A stretch of DNA of 32,000 bases from Thermococcus kodakarensis KOD1 (lineage in GTDB: Archaea > Methanobacteriota_B > Thermococci > Thermococcales > Thermococcaceae): NCBI RefSeq assembly GCF_000009965.1, contig NC_006624.1, positions 330,001-362,000 of the forward strand, in the 5' to 3' direction. How positions within the stretch are numbered: position 1 is the first letter of the stretch; every line of letters begins with the position of its first letter. The notes beneath the pieces are model-generated. The model did no database searches, was not told where the DNA came from, and worked only from the letters and a program-made list of their open reading frames with translations. A program made the position numbers and the translations under genes. Shown piece by piece: positions 31,512-32,000 of this stretch.

Positions 31512-32000
31512 ATGATAGTGCGGGGAAAAGTGACAGGAAACGAAATCCCGCGGTTCAAGCACCGGTGGTTCGGCGTTCTTGAGGTTGATGCCGGGGAAAA
31601 GTACAGGCTCTATATGACGGGCAACGCGGCCCAGTGGTTTCTGACTGGGGACGAGGTTGAGATTGAGATTCTGAGCAAGCCAAAGGAGAAGAACGGCTTT
31701 AAGGTTCTCGACTTTGATGACTACCGCCTGTGGAAGTTCTACAACGGTGAAAAGATCCCGGTCTGGCCCCTCTGGGAAAAGGAGCTTGAGGCAAAGCGCT
31801 ACTCTCCGCTGACGGGTGAGCTCCTCTACACATACAAAATCCAGGCGAGGGAGGCCAAATACGAGTCCGACTTCGAGGCGATAGCGGAGCTTGAGCAGTA
31901 CCATTACGCGAGCCAGAAGGAGAAGGTGGCGCTGTGGCGCTGTGAGAACGGCCACATCTTCGAGGCCAACACGAAGGGGGCCTGTCCCGTCTGCGGGAGC
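31512..32000 (+). CDS. 5' part of a hypothetical protein running off the right edge (Cys-x-x-Cys zinc-ribbon-like element at the end of the window); not in the ORF track
   Basis: My translation from the ATG at 31512 is open for all 163 codons (MIVRGKVTGNEIPRFKHRWFGVLEVDAGEKYRLYMTGNAAQWF…WRCENGHIFEANTKGACPVCGS). Codon usage resembles its neighbours. The TATA-like CTATTTTTATTGG lies upstream. The listed minus-strand ORF 31497-31955 is its antisense shadow. Confidence 0.6.
   Translation, partial: MIVRGKVTGNEIPRFKHRWFGVLEVDAGEKYRLYMTGNAAQWFLTGDEVEIEILSKPKEKNGFKVLDFDDYRLWKFYNGEKIPVWPLWEKELEAKRYSPLTGELLYTYKIQAREAKYESDFEAIAELEQYHYASQKEKVALWRCENGHIFEANTKGACPVCGS

Noticed and set aside
31497-31955. 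152-aa minus-strand ORF at the right edge
   Set aside because: The plus strand from the ATG at 31512 is open through the window end, with a TATA-like box upstream and a plausible protein sequence. The minus ORF is its antisense shadow.
1-32000. CRISPR arrays, rRNA genes, IS elements/transposases, C/D-box sRNAs
   Set aside because: I saw no regularly spaced direct repeats of 25-40 nt, no rRNA-like sequence, and no transposase-like ORF with terminal inverted repeats. Intergenic regions lack convincing RUGAUGA…CUGA box pairs at sRNA spacing.

Overview
The window reads as a Thermococcales (Thermococcus-type) chromosome segment in two parts. No homology search was possible, so every family assignment rests on motifs I read in the translations.

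**Part 1, nt 1 to ~17.2 kb: integrated element.** This is the right-hand portion of an integrated plasmid/virus-like element that runs off the left edge. It ends at a tRNA-Glu(UUC) gene (17142-17219, minus strand). An element ORF (16881-17273) reads straight into the 3' half of that tRNA, which is the geometry expected for the N-terminal fragment of a split SSV-type integrase. From memory, the layout (tRNA-Glu, then a Trm10-like gene, then prolyl endopeptidase) resembles the TKV2 / pT26-2-family region of Thermococcus kodakarensis. I cannot verify that here.
- The GC-rich backbone carries a HerA/VirB4-like ATPase and a tightly overlapping train of small genes with RHH-like and wHTH proteins.
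- The backbone is interrupted by a visibly AT-rich cargo island of about 9.5 kb (~2750-12260).
- The island carries four paralogous tandem-AbrB-domain genes with nucleotide-identical 5' ends and a conserved upstream box.
- The island also carries a three-gene operon ending in a HEPN-like protein (Rx5H), a two-gene operon (337-aa protein plus a small 4-TM protein), a GNAT acetyltransferase, and a divergent coiled-coil membrane protein / lipoprotein pair.
- It further contains a repeat-rich 400-bp non-coding region and a partial duplication of the backbone RHH + GPGRPRK module.
- This island is the best candidate for an undescribed defence/immunity system.

**Part 2, 17.35-32 kb: core metabolism.**
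- Genes present are Trm10-like SPOUT methyltransferase, prolyl oligopeptidase, and bacterial-type riboflavin genes (ribD, ribE, ribBA, ribH).
- The riboflavin genes are split by two secreted/membrane hypothetical genes.
- A translationally coupled thiC-purC-purP-purO operon is followed by thi4, thiD-thiN and a partial ORF at the right edge.
- The ribD and ribBA promoters share a motif, and the thiC/thi4 intergenic region holds a perfect palindrome. Both look like operators.

No CRISPR array, rRNA gene or transposase was seen.
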